Positions 38,901 through 50,528 of a stretch of 64,000 nucleotides of DNA are shown piece after piece. Source of the stretch: Basidiobolus meristosporus CBS 931.73 (lineage: Eukaryota > Fungi > Basidiobolomycota). Both the position numbers and the translations under genes were made by a program. The notes under the pieces were generated by a model that made no database searches, was not told where the DNA came from, and worked only from the letters and a program-made list of their open reading frames with translations. The first letter of the stretch is position 1. Every line of letters starts with the position of its first letter. The stretch covers positions 1-64,000 of the forward strand of contig MCFE01000377.1 in the NCBI GenBank assembly GCA_002104905.1, in the 5' to 3' direction.

Positions 38901-39196
38901 ACATGATATTCACTTGATGTTTCATTGAGTTGCAACACAGTATTTATACTTATTGCAGAACTATGTAAATGTGACTATTTGGTCATTATTAGCAGAGTCT
39001 GAGGAGTACATGTGCCAAGTTTCAGCTCATTTGGACAAGTTTCAGATTTTCCTAAAATTCTGTACTTCTCTAATTCCTAATAGTTAGTAAATATCTCACA
39101 AACTAATTTCCATGTTGATAATCTGAAATATATCATTTCACTAAGTGCTAGTTCATAATATATTAATGATTAGGTGGACTCCTATTTATTTCAACA
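35992..39196 (-). mobile_element. Non-autonomous Copia-derived LTR element (LARD-like), 3.2 kb, 5-bp TSD GATAC
   Basis: LTRs 35992-36340 and 38849-39196 (~12 differences); GATAC at 35987-35991 and 39197-39201; PBS GGTTATGAGCCC 38837-38848; PPT AGTGGGAG 36341-36348; the 2.5-kb interior has no intact pol. Confidence 0.9.
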
Positions 39197-39595
39197 GATA
39201 CTTGATAGGTTTCTGTATCATGGTATATGCATGCATAGGAGAAAACAGCAGTATAGGCCAAATAGTGAAGACACTTATTAATGCACAGAATTGTCATACA
39301 AGAAGACATCCACTTAGAGATATATGTCTAGCACATCATGAAGAGTAAATATAGTAAGAAAAGACTTACTTTACTTCAATTGCATGCCAACTTCTGTCCA
39401 TTTGCTCTGTAGGAATATAATGTTCTTAGCATTGGGGTTAGGATACTAATAACAATGTGTGTGCATTATGGAGTAAATCCTTTAGATCTTACACATTTGA
39501 CAGCAATACCAGTCATTGTGCCCCAAAAAGCCAATGACTCAGAGCAAGCTTAGAATACTAGGTTCAGAAGCTCCAATAGACTTCCATATGCCAGA

Positions 39596-40156
39596 GTGTT
39601 CAGCAACAGGTTCCATATCAGGAGCATTTTCAATACCTTCCCCGTGAGGATTAACAAACCTTCTAGAGGGCAGAGGCACTTTTATTCTGGCAAGTACAAG
39701 GCACACTGTGTGAAGTTTCAAGCACTGACTGACATTGAGGGTGACATCATCTGGTTTAGTGGGCCATTTGCTGGAAGTAGGCATGACAAAGCACTCTGGG
39801 TAGAGAATCATCCTGAATTCAGTAGAGGGGAGAAATGAATGGCACACTTAGCCTATATAGGAGAGGATTGTCACAGATTAGGATGTATTACAGCTTATAG
39901 GAAGCCAAGGAATGGTGTGCTTAGCAGGAAGCAGAAGCTCTACAATGAGATATTTAATCATTTCAGAGTGAGGGTAGAGCACACATTTGGATATCTGAAG
40001 AGATTCAGCATATTGGCAGGTAAATACAGAGGAAAGTCATATATAGGAGAATATAGCAGAATAGTTAAAATAGTTAAGATACTTATTAATGCACATTATG
40101 CTCATAAAAGAAGACATCCACTGAGAGAAATGTGTCTGGAGCATTATGAAGAGTAA
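39596..40156 (+). pseudogene. IS5/ISL2EU-like DDE_Tnp_4 transposase pseudogene (element ~39200-40340)
   Basis: YSGKYKAHCVKFQ, GPFAGSRHD, AHLAY (catalytic D apparently mutated to H), RKP...QKLYN...RVRVEHTFGYLKRFSIL; in-frame TGA at 39836-39838. Confidence 0.85.
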
Positions 40157-40340
40157 TTAAAGCAAGGAAAGCACTATTCTGAGCAACATAAGTAAGATTG
40201 AGTAAAATTACCAGTAACTGTATCATGCTACTGGCATCATGGTAGATATTATAGTGCCAGATAGTGCTGTAGAGTGCCAGATCAATCCTGCACTATAAAC
40301 AGGCTGGCACTATGTGGCACTATCCAACAGAACAAGTCTA

Positions 40341-40547
40341 GTGAGCAAGTTGGCAGGGAACCATTCAAAAGCCACTAGTATATTGTTGTGATGAAAAGTT
40401 TTGACCAAGTTTTTTGTAAAATCTGTGGTGCAATTATTTTTCAATTGTCTCTGGATGGTGTCCTGATGGGATCAGTACCTCTTAGTCATGGGACTTTAAC
40501 TTTGTGATGGCCTTTTGAAGGGATCATCTCAATGATTTTTCATAGGG
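40341..40547 (-). repeat. ~207-bp inverted copy of the CACTA-like left end
   Basis: Reverse complement of 41266-41471 at roughly 85-90% identity; ends TTTTTCATAGGG. Confidence 0.85.
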
Positions 40548-41265
40548 TTATGTGCAGTTACAAGGTTTTACAACAAATATAAGGCTGATGGTACAATTGA
40601 AAGATACAAAGCAAGACTTATGGCCAAATGGTACTCTCAGATAAAAAGACTGGACTATGCCAAAACCTTTGCACCTGCAGCCAAGTTTAATTCCATCAGA
40701 CTAATATTGGCTATTGTGGTCAAATATAAGGTTTTTATTCATCATATGGATGTATAAGCTTCATTTTGAGGGGAGAACTTGACAAGGACAAGTATGGGGA
40801 TCAGCCCAATGGGTTTCTCAATAAAGATAACCCTCATTTGGTCTGCAAGCTCAACAAAACTCCATATGGTCTCAAACAATCACCAAGAGCCTAAATTAGA
40901 TGATAGATTCTAATTTTAATTCTTTGAGCTTTGAAAGGGGTTCTGCTGACTTCAGTATTAGCTATAAGCCAGATAGAGCAGATTCAGCTCTGGTAGCACT
41001 ATATATGCACAATCTTACTATAGCTACTAATGAACAAGAAACCTTGGAAGACACTAAATCCAGCCTTTATGAAGAGCTCAAGATATCCAATCTAGGAGAA
41101 CTCAGTTACAACTTAGGGATGATGTTTTCCAAATACAGAAGTGCCCAGACTATCACCCTAAGCCAATCCAAGCATATTCAACATATACTAAAGAAGTACT
41201 AAATGGAGTACTGTAAACCGGCAGCTGCCCCAATAGTGGCAAGCTTCAACTTGATCAAAACTTAA
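40548..41265 (+). mobile_element. Decayed Copia RT fragment
   Basis: KYKADGTIERYKARLMAK, KTFAPAAKFNSIRLIL, YGLKQSPRA, LGELSYNLG. Confidence 0.88.
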
Positions 41266-41599
41266 CCATATGAAAAACTACGGTAATGATCCTGTCAAAA
41301 GGCCATCATAAGCTTGAAGTCCTGTGACTAAGAGGTACTGACCCTGTCAGGACACTGTCCAGAGACCATTGAAAAATAATTGCACCCCAGATTTCACAAA
41401 AAACTGGTCAAAACTTTTCATCACAATTATATACTAGTGGCTTTTGAGTGGTTCCCTGCCAACTTGCTCACTTTCTGATCCCAAGCACTCTATCACCTCC
41501 TATATTTGTGCACATTTATTGGCTATTGCCTCTTTTTCACACTCCTTACTTCCTGAATGAACCATTTCTTTTACTTTTCATGCATACATATTGATTTAT

Positions 41600-43100
41600 T
41601 TCCATTGAAAATTCAGGTGTACCTCAATTGCCAATTGTATTGACCTATACAAGTTCCTATTCCACACACTAACATTAAGCCCAATCCCACACTCAATAAG
41701 TAACTCCACTAAAATCCACCACTCAATAAGTATATCTGCTGTGATGCTCTGGCTCCACAACTTTGACAGGAACCCAAAAGCTTTATGCCACTGTTCATTC
41801 ACTGGTTCCCACATGTCCTGGTCTTCAGCCGGCACTGTAAGGTCTAGCACCTATCTGCCAGTCTTTGCAATAAATGCTTGCAATATTCCAGTGCATTTTC
41901 TTGAGCACTGCTCTTGAAGAAGTGCTGCAACCTCTTGACATGCCTATTGATGTTCAAAAACTCCACTGAAGACATTGTGATAGTCTTTCAAGTTCTTGAT
42001 GTTGTAGCCTTGTCTGTAAGTGGGATCACCACTCTGGATAAATTCTGCTCTGACACATCTGTTTTGGCCTACTTGTCCCTTGCTGGTGCTCTTCTGGCAA
42101 CCTGATGCTTTTTTCCAGCTTGTTTCAGGCTTTCAACTGTAGTTGTGATGGGCTCCTGTAAAAGCTGCTGGTTTTTATCACAGCCAGGTCCTTCAATGCT
42201 ACTTCAACTGAGTGCTTCTTCAGTAGTACTATGCTTTTTCCTTGATAAATGTTGTACTGGTGCATCCATATCTGCCTGCTTGTCCCTAATTGGCTCTCTT
42301 CCAGCTACCTGACATCTCTTTGACCCTTGTCTGGAGCTTTCAGCTCTGCTTATAATGGGCTCTTGAGGAAGTTGCTGGTTTCTAGCCCTAGCATCCTTGT
42401 TCTTCTGCCTTTGATAATTTTTGCTATTCTTAAGATACTTTCTTGGCATACCCATGCTGACCCAAAATCTATTTGCCTGTTTGAATCCTGGATAATGCTT
42501 GTGGAACAAGTCAGGTGCATTCTGCTGGGCCTTGAGTTCCTGATAGTCCCATGGTATGCTGGCCTTAAGGTGATGGCTTGCTAGACTTCTGATGGCTTCT
42601 TGAATATTAGCCTGCTCCTCATTATTGCACTCAACTGTGTCATAGATCTTCAATATCTTTTGAGTTTTAGGCTTTGATATAAGCACCACATTGTCTCCCT
42701 CTCATGCGGTGATAGGTCTTTCAGTGGGCTTTATCTTTTGGCACTGTTGTTGTGCTTCAAAGACTGTACAGTGTTTCTCTGCTGTTACATTGGGAAATGG
42801 CACAATTCTTGGCTGTGACATTGAGCTACTTGAGTTCCTTCTTTGCAGCAAAGATACTGCTTTCTCTACCTAGATTATTGATTGCTCTACACCTTTTATC
42901 CACTCATCCTGTATCTGGACTATTTCATGATTTCTCTGGGTCATTACATCTATCCTATCAGCCGCTGCACCTACTTGCTTCATTAATACTTTGGTATGAG
43001 CTCAAAACATACTTGCTTATACAGGTGGTAGTGATGTTATGATGACCATTTGCTAGTCTTCAACTGAAGGTACTGCTTTTACTGCATTCTCATCTGCCTC
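41600..43100 (-). pseudogene. ORF2 of unknown function, divergent from the tnp2 transposase
   Basis: ORF pieces 42204-42689 and 41596-41850; diverged copies at 8780-9300 and 12494-19200 match in the same reading frames. Confidence 0.65.
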
Positions 43101-43449
43101 AGCAATATGGTCATCTTGTGGCTCTGCAGAGATTACCAATTACCTACTTGACTGAGAGCCTGAGGAGTCTACATTATTCCCTTCAGTGGGCACATTGTCC
43201 ACAGGGCCTTTTTTGGTTGTAGCCCCACTTGTTGCACTGAATATCAAAGCAAGCTGTTGTCCAAACATTCTTCTGTTGCTGTTAGCAGGGGAGTTGGTTG
43301 GGAACCAGACAACTTTGCCTAACCTTGTGCAAACTAAGTTAGGAGAGTTTGTGACACCTTTAGGCTCACCCCAGCCTTCTGAATATGGTATGCAGAGTAA
43401 TAACTTTAAAGAAGCAGGCTCACTGATGGATTGTGAGCCTATCTTCCCT

Positions 43450-45160
43450 AACAACAGTATCATGCATGAACCTGGCCAAATCCCATTATGCAATGCAATA
43501 ACACCTGTGGAAAAAATGCTAAGGATACTTTATGGAATCAAGTGAGCCCAGCAATCCATCTGCTGGTGAATGGTGTGAAGTTGTGGCTAGAGAAATGGTG
43601 TGTTTCAATTAATATCAGTAATGGGAGCTTTGAGGATTTACAACTACTTTTTGCCAAAATCATCCCAGGATGCCACCTATCATGTACATGGCATAAATGG
43701 AATACCATCATGCAGCTGGCAACATATGACCCAGAGACTGTCCTGATACCAGCATGTGCTAACAGTTGCATGGCATTCATGTCAGAAAATGCCTCCATTG
43801 CACAGTGTCCAACTTGTCAGGAATCCACTACCATTGGGGGAAAACATTGTTCACACTCCAGATATATTCTGTTGTTCATACTCCAGATACATTCTGGTCA
43901 TACCCCATCTGAGGAAGCTGATGCAGTCTGACAAATATTGCAAAGCTATACAGTACCACACTCAGCATCAATCAAGAGTAAACATATCCAATATATTTGA
44001 TGGCAATCCTTACAAACAGCTAAGAAGCAAGGGCTACTTTGAAGGTATGTATGACCATGCCTTTGCCTTGGCACTCAATGGATTCTCATTAAACAAGTAC
44101 TCTACCAGCAGATCCTACTGGCCACTGATTCTCATCAACCTGATTCTGCTGCCTATGTTACGGTACCAGAGCAGAAATCTGATAGTAGTCTCACCAATAT
44201 CTGGGCCTAAATACCATACAACCTGGATAGCCACCTGTATCCATTGTTTGATGATTTTTGAATGCTTTCCAGCAGGAAAACAGTAAGTGGCTGTGATGTA
44301 AAAGCACATATTATTATCTGCATTGGAGATACCCCAGCCATTGACAAGATAGCTGGCTTTTCTGGGCACAATGGACAGTATTGCTGCTAAATGTGTGAGA
44401 TCCAAGGGACTTGCTCTATAACTTACACACATTATTACTACCCAAATACCAACACCAAAAACATCATCTTTCCACTGAGAGAATGTACAGGAGTCAGCAT
44501 GCAATTGCAGCCAAGTTGGCAAGCTATAAGCCATTGGCCAGAATATGCAATTAATTGGAAACCTGAGATGCTTAAGATAGAGGGTATCTGTTGAGGCATA
44601 AGCTTTCCACTGGGAGCAATGCATTTGCCTTTCAACAATTTTCCCATACTGAGGACCAGGTTGTACACAGGGCATTTCAAGCTAAATGAGCCCTTAGAGA
44701 TACCAGGGTTAGGGTTATGCAACACTACAAGTGCAAGGACTGGATGAACTGAATATGTATTTGTTCAAGTGGCCTTCTGGAGCCATTTCTACCAAGAGTA
44801 CATTGGAAGCATTAGGAGTCATATGTGGACATAGTAGGATTATTAATCCAGAAGTGAATCACCAATGCCAACTTGATGCATCTAAAGCTTTTGTGCAAAG
44901 AGTTTGTGATGGGATTTGAGCAGCTATGCTACAAGCATAAAGCTGAGTGTGTAGATCTCTGCCACTACTGTATACATTCTCTACTCCATCTTGCACAGTG
45001 TGTGGAGAATATTGGGCCTTGCTTCACCTTTTGAGAGTTTCCTATGGAGCAGATGTGTGGGGAGACAGGAAGACAAGTCAAGTTATAGGTACCACCATAT
45101 CCCCATCTCATCAAGAATCTTACCTTCAAGTCCATCATATATGGCATTAAGAAGCTAAGC
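43450..45160 (+). pseudogene. CACTA/EnSpm tnp2-family (Transposase_21-like) transposase, frameshifted
   Basis: CANSCMAF...AQCPTCQE; NIFDGNPYKQL...LALNGFSL...SYWPLILINLILLPMLRY...NLIVVSPISGPK fit the tnp2 pattern DIFDG...L..DGF...S.WP...NLNLPP..R...PGP. Confidence 0.85.
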
Positions 45161-46097
45161 AGCCCCAATGCATAGGTAATCAGTTAGGTAATGCAAAGTT
45201 AGGTTGGGTGCAACAAGCAACTAATTTTTATCAGGAAAACTCTACCAAGGTATGCCGGATTTCTCATGGTCACAAGCCAACTTCTACACCATTCAATACA
45301 TGACTTACCCAAACAAGACCCAGAGTGCACCCATAAGGAGGACTAGAATCCAGCAGGGAGAAGGAATATATTAGCCAACTACCAAAAGGTTCTTTGCAGA
45401 TATTCATGTGGTATTTACGGCAAAAGTGGTGGCAACCAAGCATATAATTGCAAGATGTATAAGTAATCAGCAATTCAAGGTATATGGCAACTTTGCAAAT
45501 ATCACACTGAAAAGCCATAGGGTTGAAGTGATAGAGATGTGTTAATTGAAGCAGGTGTGTATACACATGAAGGCTTGTAAGCAGGAGCCATAATTCTTTT
45601 TGATTCAAACTATATGTGGAATACCTATGGTAGTAGTGGGTAAGCAAATAAAAAGGGGTGATTCAACAGTGGAATATATGAATGGCACAAGGGGAAATAG
45701 AAAAAGGGATATGCCATTTTGTAAGTTGGTATGGTAACATTTTATAGGAATAACTGAGGCAGCTATACTTCCATGATAATGCCAGCAGATGTCTGCAACA
45801 AGGCCATCAAAACACAGTCAACTTTTTTGCCATATAATGTAATTGCATGTTTTGGCAAGTTATGTCCACTCATACAAATGAATACTGTATTAAGTCCATC
45901 AAAAGATCATTCATGTGCTGTCAAGCTTATTACTCTACTTGGAAGTAAAACCAGCAAAATGCTGTCACAATCCTGCCATAAGATTGTGTAGAGGATCAAT
46001 AACTCCAAGCTGCCAGCATTAGGATGGCCTCATTACAGTATCCTGATGGCCAATCCAAATCAGATTCACTCACAGGACCAAATTGTTTTTCATGGGG

Positions 46098-46439
46098 GTG
46101 AGAGTTCTGATGATATTGGAAGTGATTGGGCAGCTTTGTAGATGATGTGATTCTGACTTAGGACTTATTGACTATGGAGGAGTATTCATACCTCTAAATG
46201 GTCCTGGCCAAGCAAAAGTGGAATTTATGCTTAGGAAGGTCTCAAGAACATGGGTGCAAGTTTTGGGGCCGCTTTAACAACTTATCAACTTCTCATATTC
46301 TGAGTACCTGATATTTTGGTGAAAATATTTCAAGTCAATCCCAATAAGGAATTTTGGCCAGGATTCTCTAAGATTTGTATACTATACCTAAAGTGACTAA
46401 TTTAAGTGAATATTTAGGTGTAGCTACAAATTTACAACA
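46098..46439 (-). repeat. Diverged solo Copia LTR (1617-1966 family) lacking its first ~4 bp
   Basis: gatattggaagtgattggg, caagaacatg.gtgcaag.tttggggc, gtgaatatttaggtg...tttacaaca are shared with 1617-1966. Confidence 0.8.
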
Positions 46440-46578
46440 CTACCTGCTACTGTACAATGAATTATAACAAAAAATCTGAAGGAAAACACCTGCTGAAGGC
46501 CAGCAAAATACTGTTAGAATACCAGCAGAATATCAGCAGATTATCAGATGAATCCCAAGTACAAGATTTTTCATAGGG
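46440..46578. repeat. CACTA-like terminus with CAGCA(G/A)A(A/T)T subterminal repeats; last TE base of the block
   Basis: ccagcaaaat, ccagcagaat, tcagcagatt within 46500-46545; ends GATTTTTCATAGGG, identical to 40534-40547. Confidence 0.6.
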
Positions 46579-48528
46579 TATTGGAGCACTGGTGTATTCA
46601 GTAGATTGGGAGTGGAAAAAAGAGGCAACAGCCAATTAATGAGACAATCAAGACCTCGGCCCTTGCCTGCCTTTCTAGATTTGGCATTTCAAACAACAAC
46701 ACAAGAAGCAAACCCATTGACCAGTGAGAAATGCACCCACTTTGGAGTCTGATTTAACAAGCTTACTGATCGAGTGTTGGTTGAGAATCACCAGTAGCGA
46801 GGCCAGCCGTATCTTCAATGTCAAACAATCCTGGGGGTTGACTTGGGTATGTCCTTATGGTGGGATTCACGGCAAACAGATTCACCAATCGACGTGGTGG
46901 CTCATGAAGAAACCCTGAAGAATGGGGAATATTACGCGAAATCCAGCATTTGCGCCTGGGACAACCGTGGAAGTGTCAGAATTGCTGGCGAACTGGGTGT
47001 CAACCAGATATAAATGAAATGGGAGATGGGCTCACTATTCAGATGTCTACCACGGTATAGTGGTCACTCAATCGGGACACGTGCCCTGGAACAGAATTCA
47101 TTTGATTGCATTGGATATACCAACTGTAGGGGGCCAACTCAATGCTACCAAAAAGCAATTCGGATGCATATGTGGGACGAAGAACAGTTGGCAACCAGAT
47201 CCACAATGACCAGCCGGCCTTGATCAGAATTGAGATGTTGGATCTTGTAGGAGGATTTTGAGATTCGATGTGCCACAGGGAGAAAGGTCAGAAATGGGGC
47301 TCGTCATGTAGTGCAGAGCAAGTCACAAGATCCTGTGGCGAAGGAGCCCCCATTAAAACTAGGAATTGGCCCAATGATTTCCTTTTCGATGGTAAGTTAC
47401 TCAGTGTCCCCTTATTCCAATGGAGGCCAATCGCCAAAGCAAGAGTGCTATGCAGCCAGCGGTGCACGGTAGCCAGCAAAGTCGACAATACGAAATCATG
47501 CAGCAGGGTAATGACCGGTTAAAGTGAGGGGACTGCTTCGCGCCATAACATCAGCACCAAGAGGCAATGGAGCCTAATGATTGCAAATGTCCACCCTTAA
47601 TGCAGTATGGCTGGGGCCAATCTCCGATCCGATTTTGAGTTGAGCTTAAGCTTTCTAGAAGTCCAATTTGACAAAGGTTGTTGAGTACACTTAATTGCTG
47701 GCCAATCCAACTGTGGATACAGGAGTAATTTGCCCATTGCCAAGTATAGGTGAGGTTGATGGCATCAAGGAAGATTTCGGATTCCTCTTCGACGAATTAA
47801 CTAGGGGAATGTACGAAATTGGCCGATAGGGTCACACAAACCCCTCACCATTGTCATCATGGTGCTCCCCACATGGCATCCAATGTTCACTAATCAAGGA
47901 TCACAGCCATAGCCATTGCACGAACGGAAGCAGATATCACGTTTTAACTCAAGATGACACCCTCCAGCATGGATTTGGTCGAAGGGTAAACTTGACTAAA
48001 CCACAACACTAAATTTAGAATTATTTGATTTTCCGACGATCATTACTCCTGTGCTACTTTCATACCCGACACACCTGTCAGTTGAATCCAGCAGTGAAGT
48101 CATTCCACACTCGACCGGCGACCTCGTGTACTTGGAATAGGCGCCCGAATGGACTAGGGTTGCTTGTAGACGGCGAGGAGAGCCCTTTCCCGTGCTCGAG
48201 AGAAGCGGTGGCATACGTATATCGTCGACCATTATACAACCTGACTAGGAGCGATTCTGCATGCACCATCCCAAACCCACTCACATCCTAGAGTTTCCGA
48301 AGAAGTGATCATTCAATTACTAACCGCAGCCATCCCCGCCCGCTCCGTTCCGATGGTCCAAGAATAGGAATAGCGTGAATATGAGATGCGCAACGGATTC
48401 GGAAGGAATAAACAAAACTGATCAAGAGGTACGTTTCCAAGATTTCAATCAAAGCGAAATTTACATGTCGGCCCTTCCGATTGTTCCCGGCCCACATGGA
48501 TTCACCAAGCCAGAGACTTTCCAACCTC

Positions 48529-48536
48529 TATATATA
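48529..48536 (+). promoter_or_regulatory. Candidate TATA box of AOX
   Basis: TATATATA about 70 nt upstream of the ATG. Confidence 0.4.
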
Positions 48537-48602
48537 CAATGATGTGGCCACCCAGCACAACAGAAAACAACAACGGCAATAGCAACTACCAATTCATTCA
48601 TC

Positions 48603-49974
48603 ATGAACGCGCTGAGAACTTCTCAACTTCTGGCTTCCAAGTCGATGGCTGGTGTTTCAACCTCCTTACTGGCCTCCACCCAGCTACGCTGCTCGATGGC
48701 CCGTGCAACACCAGTGTTGGCACGCCAACTACATCTCCAGCCTTACAAGGATGAGAAGAAATCCGTCGTGAATCCTGAACTCTACAAAATCCCCGAGGAG
48801 CTTCTAAACGATGTCCACCCCAAGGCCATTCGCAACGCCTTTATTTCCCGGCAACTTTCCTCGGAGGAACTCGAGAAGTGGGACATTGGGTTGACCAAGC
48901 ATCGCGAGCCCATCACATTTGGCGACAAGGTGGCCCTGACCGTGGTCAAGTCCTTGCGTATTCCCGCCGATCTCTTCTTCCGAAAGAAGTACATGCATCG
49001 CGCAGTGGTACGTATCCAGATCGTCGAGCCCCGAGGTAATCTCGTGTACTAATCCCAAATCCCCCTTTGGGCAGGCCCTCGAAACGGTTGCTGCAGTGCC
49101 TGGAATGGTTGGAGGTAAGGAAACTCACCAGATTGGATATGTGGATTGAGTATTGATGCGATTTCCACCAGCGGTCATTCGCCACCTCAGAAGTCTCCGC
49201 AAGATGAAGCATGATGGAGGTAACTATATGCGCAAACGGATTCATCTGGAACCCACCGATACTAATTCGTCCCTTCCAGGCTGGATCACCCATCTTTTAC
49301 ACGAGGCAGAGAACGAAAGGTAAATCCCGAGCAGTATGGACTGATTGGTTCTACAGTGTCTCACCCGTCTTGCTCCACAGAATGCATCTGCTTACTTGGA
49401 TGAAGGTCTGCCAACCCACGCTTCTTGAGAGAATGCTTGTAACAGCGGTCCAGGTAATATTGACTACGGCAAATGGCAGCGCGGGCGATCATTGACTAAC
49501 CCAACGCGTAGGGTGTATTCTTCAACTGTTTCTTCCTGTTCTATCTGTGCACACCCAAGACCGCCCATAGGTAAGTGGCTTATCAGGATGTGGCTGGCGC
49601 ATCCGGATTGCTCATGGCATTTGCTGTTACGTAGGATCGTTGGCTATCTCGAAGAAGAGGCCGTCATCTCGTACACGGGCTTCTTGAAGGAGATTGACGA
49701 GGGACGAATCGAGAACAAGCCAGCGCCCCAGATCGCCATCGACTACTGGAACCTACAAAAATCCGCCACTATCAGGGATGTCGTACTCGCCGTTCGTGCT
49801 GACGAGGCTCTTCACCGCGACACTAACCATCATTTCTCCGACCGAATCTCCCTACGACAGGAGGATCTCCGCACCGAGATCAGTCGCACCAAGCTGCTTC
49901 ATGCTCAGCAGGCTGCTGAGAAGAGCAAGCCGGAGGAAGTCCACGACAACGAGCATGCTGGCAAATGGGCCTAA
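48603..49974 (+). CDS. AOX: Alternative oxidase, 7 exons (48603-49007, 49075-49114, 49172-49219, 49280-49319, 49381-49453, 49512-49570, 49635-49974), 334 aa
   Basis: Spliced exons total 1005 nt in frame with GT-AG introns; [26 protein letters not shown] and RADEALH di-iron motifs; R/S-rich presequence. Confidence 0.97.
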
Positions 49975-50528
49975 CCTCCCGATCACCTCTATATCTGTAT
50001 ACACCCGCTATTTATCATCAGTTGTACTAAATAAACATATATTATCCACTGACCAACCATCCAATTTATTACGGGACTCCTTCGCAATTGGCCATGATGT
50101 GCATTTCAGGACCATTTCCTGACCAGCCTACGGATCGGTTAGTCCCATACAAAATTCCGATCTGACGCTAGGTTTCTTCATCGCTGACTTGGAAGTGGGT
50201 TCAGTTTGGGTAAACCATATCATGCACTATCATACCTTCGTCAGCTGGTTCAGATTGTACCTTTTATGAGCCCTTTCGATGGTCGTTCCAATTGGCTGCC
50301 GAGGACTACAAATGGGCCGATTAAGCCCCTTTGCAGCTGAATATTTACCTCGACTGTCCAAATCAGTATTTTCTCACTTACGGAGTGACCATTCATCAGT
50401 AGCAACCCCTCCCCACCCTACGCATAGTATTTGGCTGCCTGACAAGCCTCTCTAGCACACGTCCTAGTTTTCCCGTATAGCGCTCCCCTACCTGCCAAGC
50501 CCCCAGCTTTCACTTCCCACTGGCCAAC

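Larger units (their letters stand above)
41266..46097. mobile_element. Decayed CACTA/EnSpm-like DNA transposon (boundaries inferred from terminal motifs)
   Basis: Left terminus CCATATGAAAAA at 41266; right terminus TTTTTCATGGGG at 46086-46097; tnp2 transposase inside; no matching TSD. Confidence 0.65.

Noticed and set aside
47560-48480. GAT(C/T) repeats upstream of AOX as light-response elements for the neighbouring WC-2
   Set aside because: Such short motifs are common throughout the CpG-rich half; no distinctive spacing.
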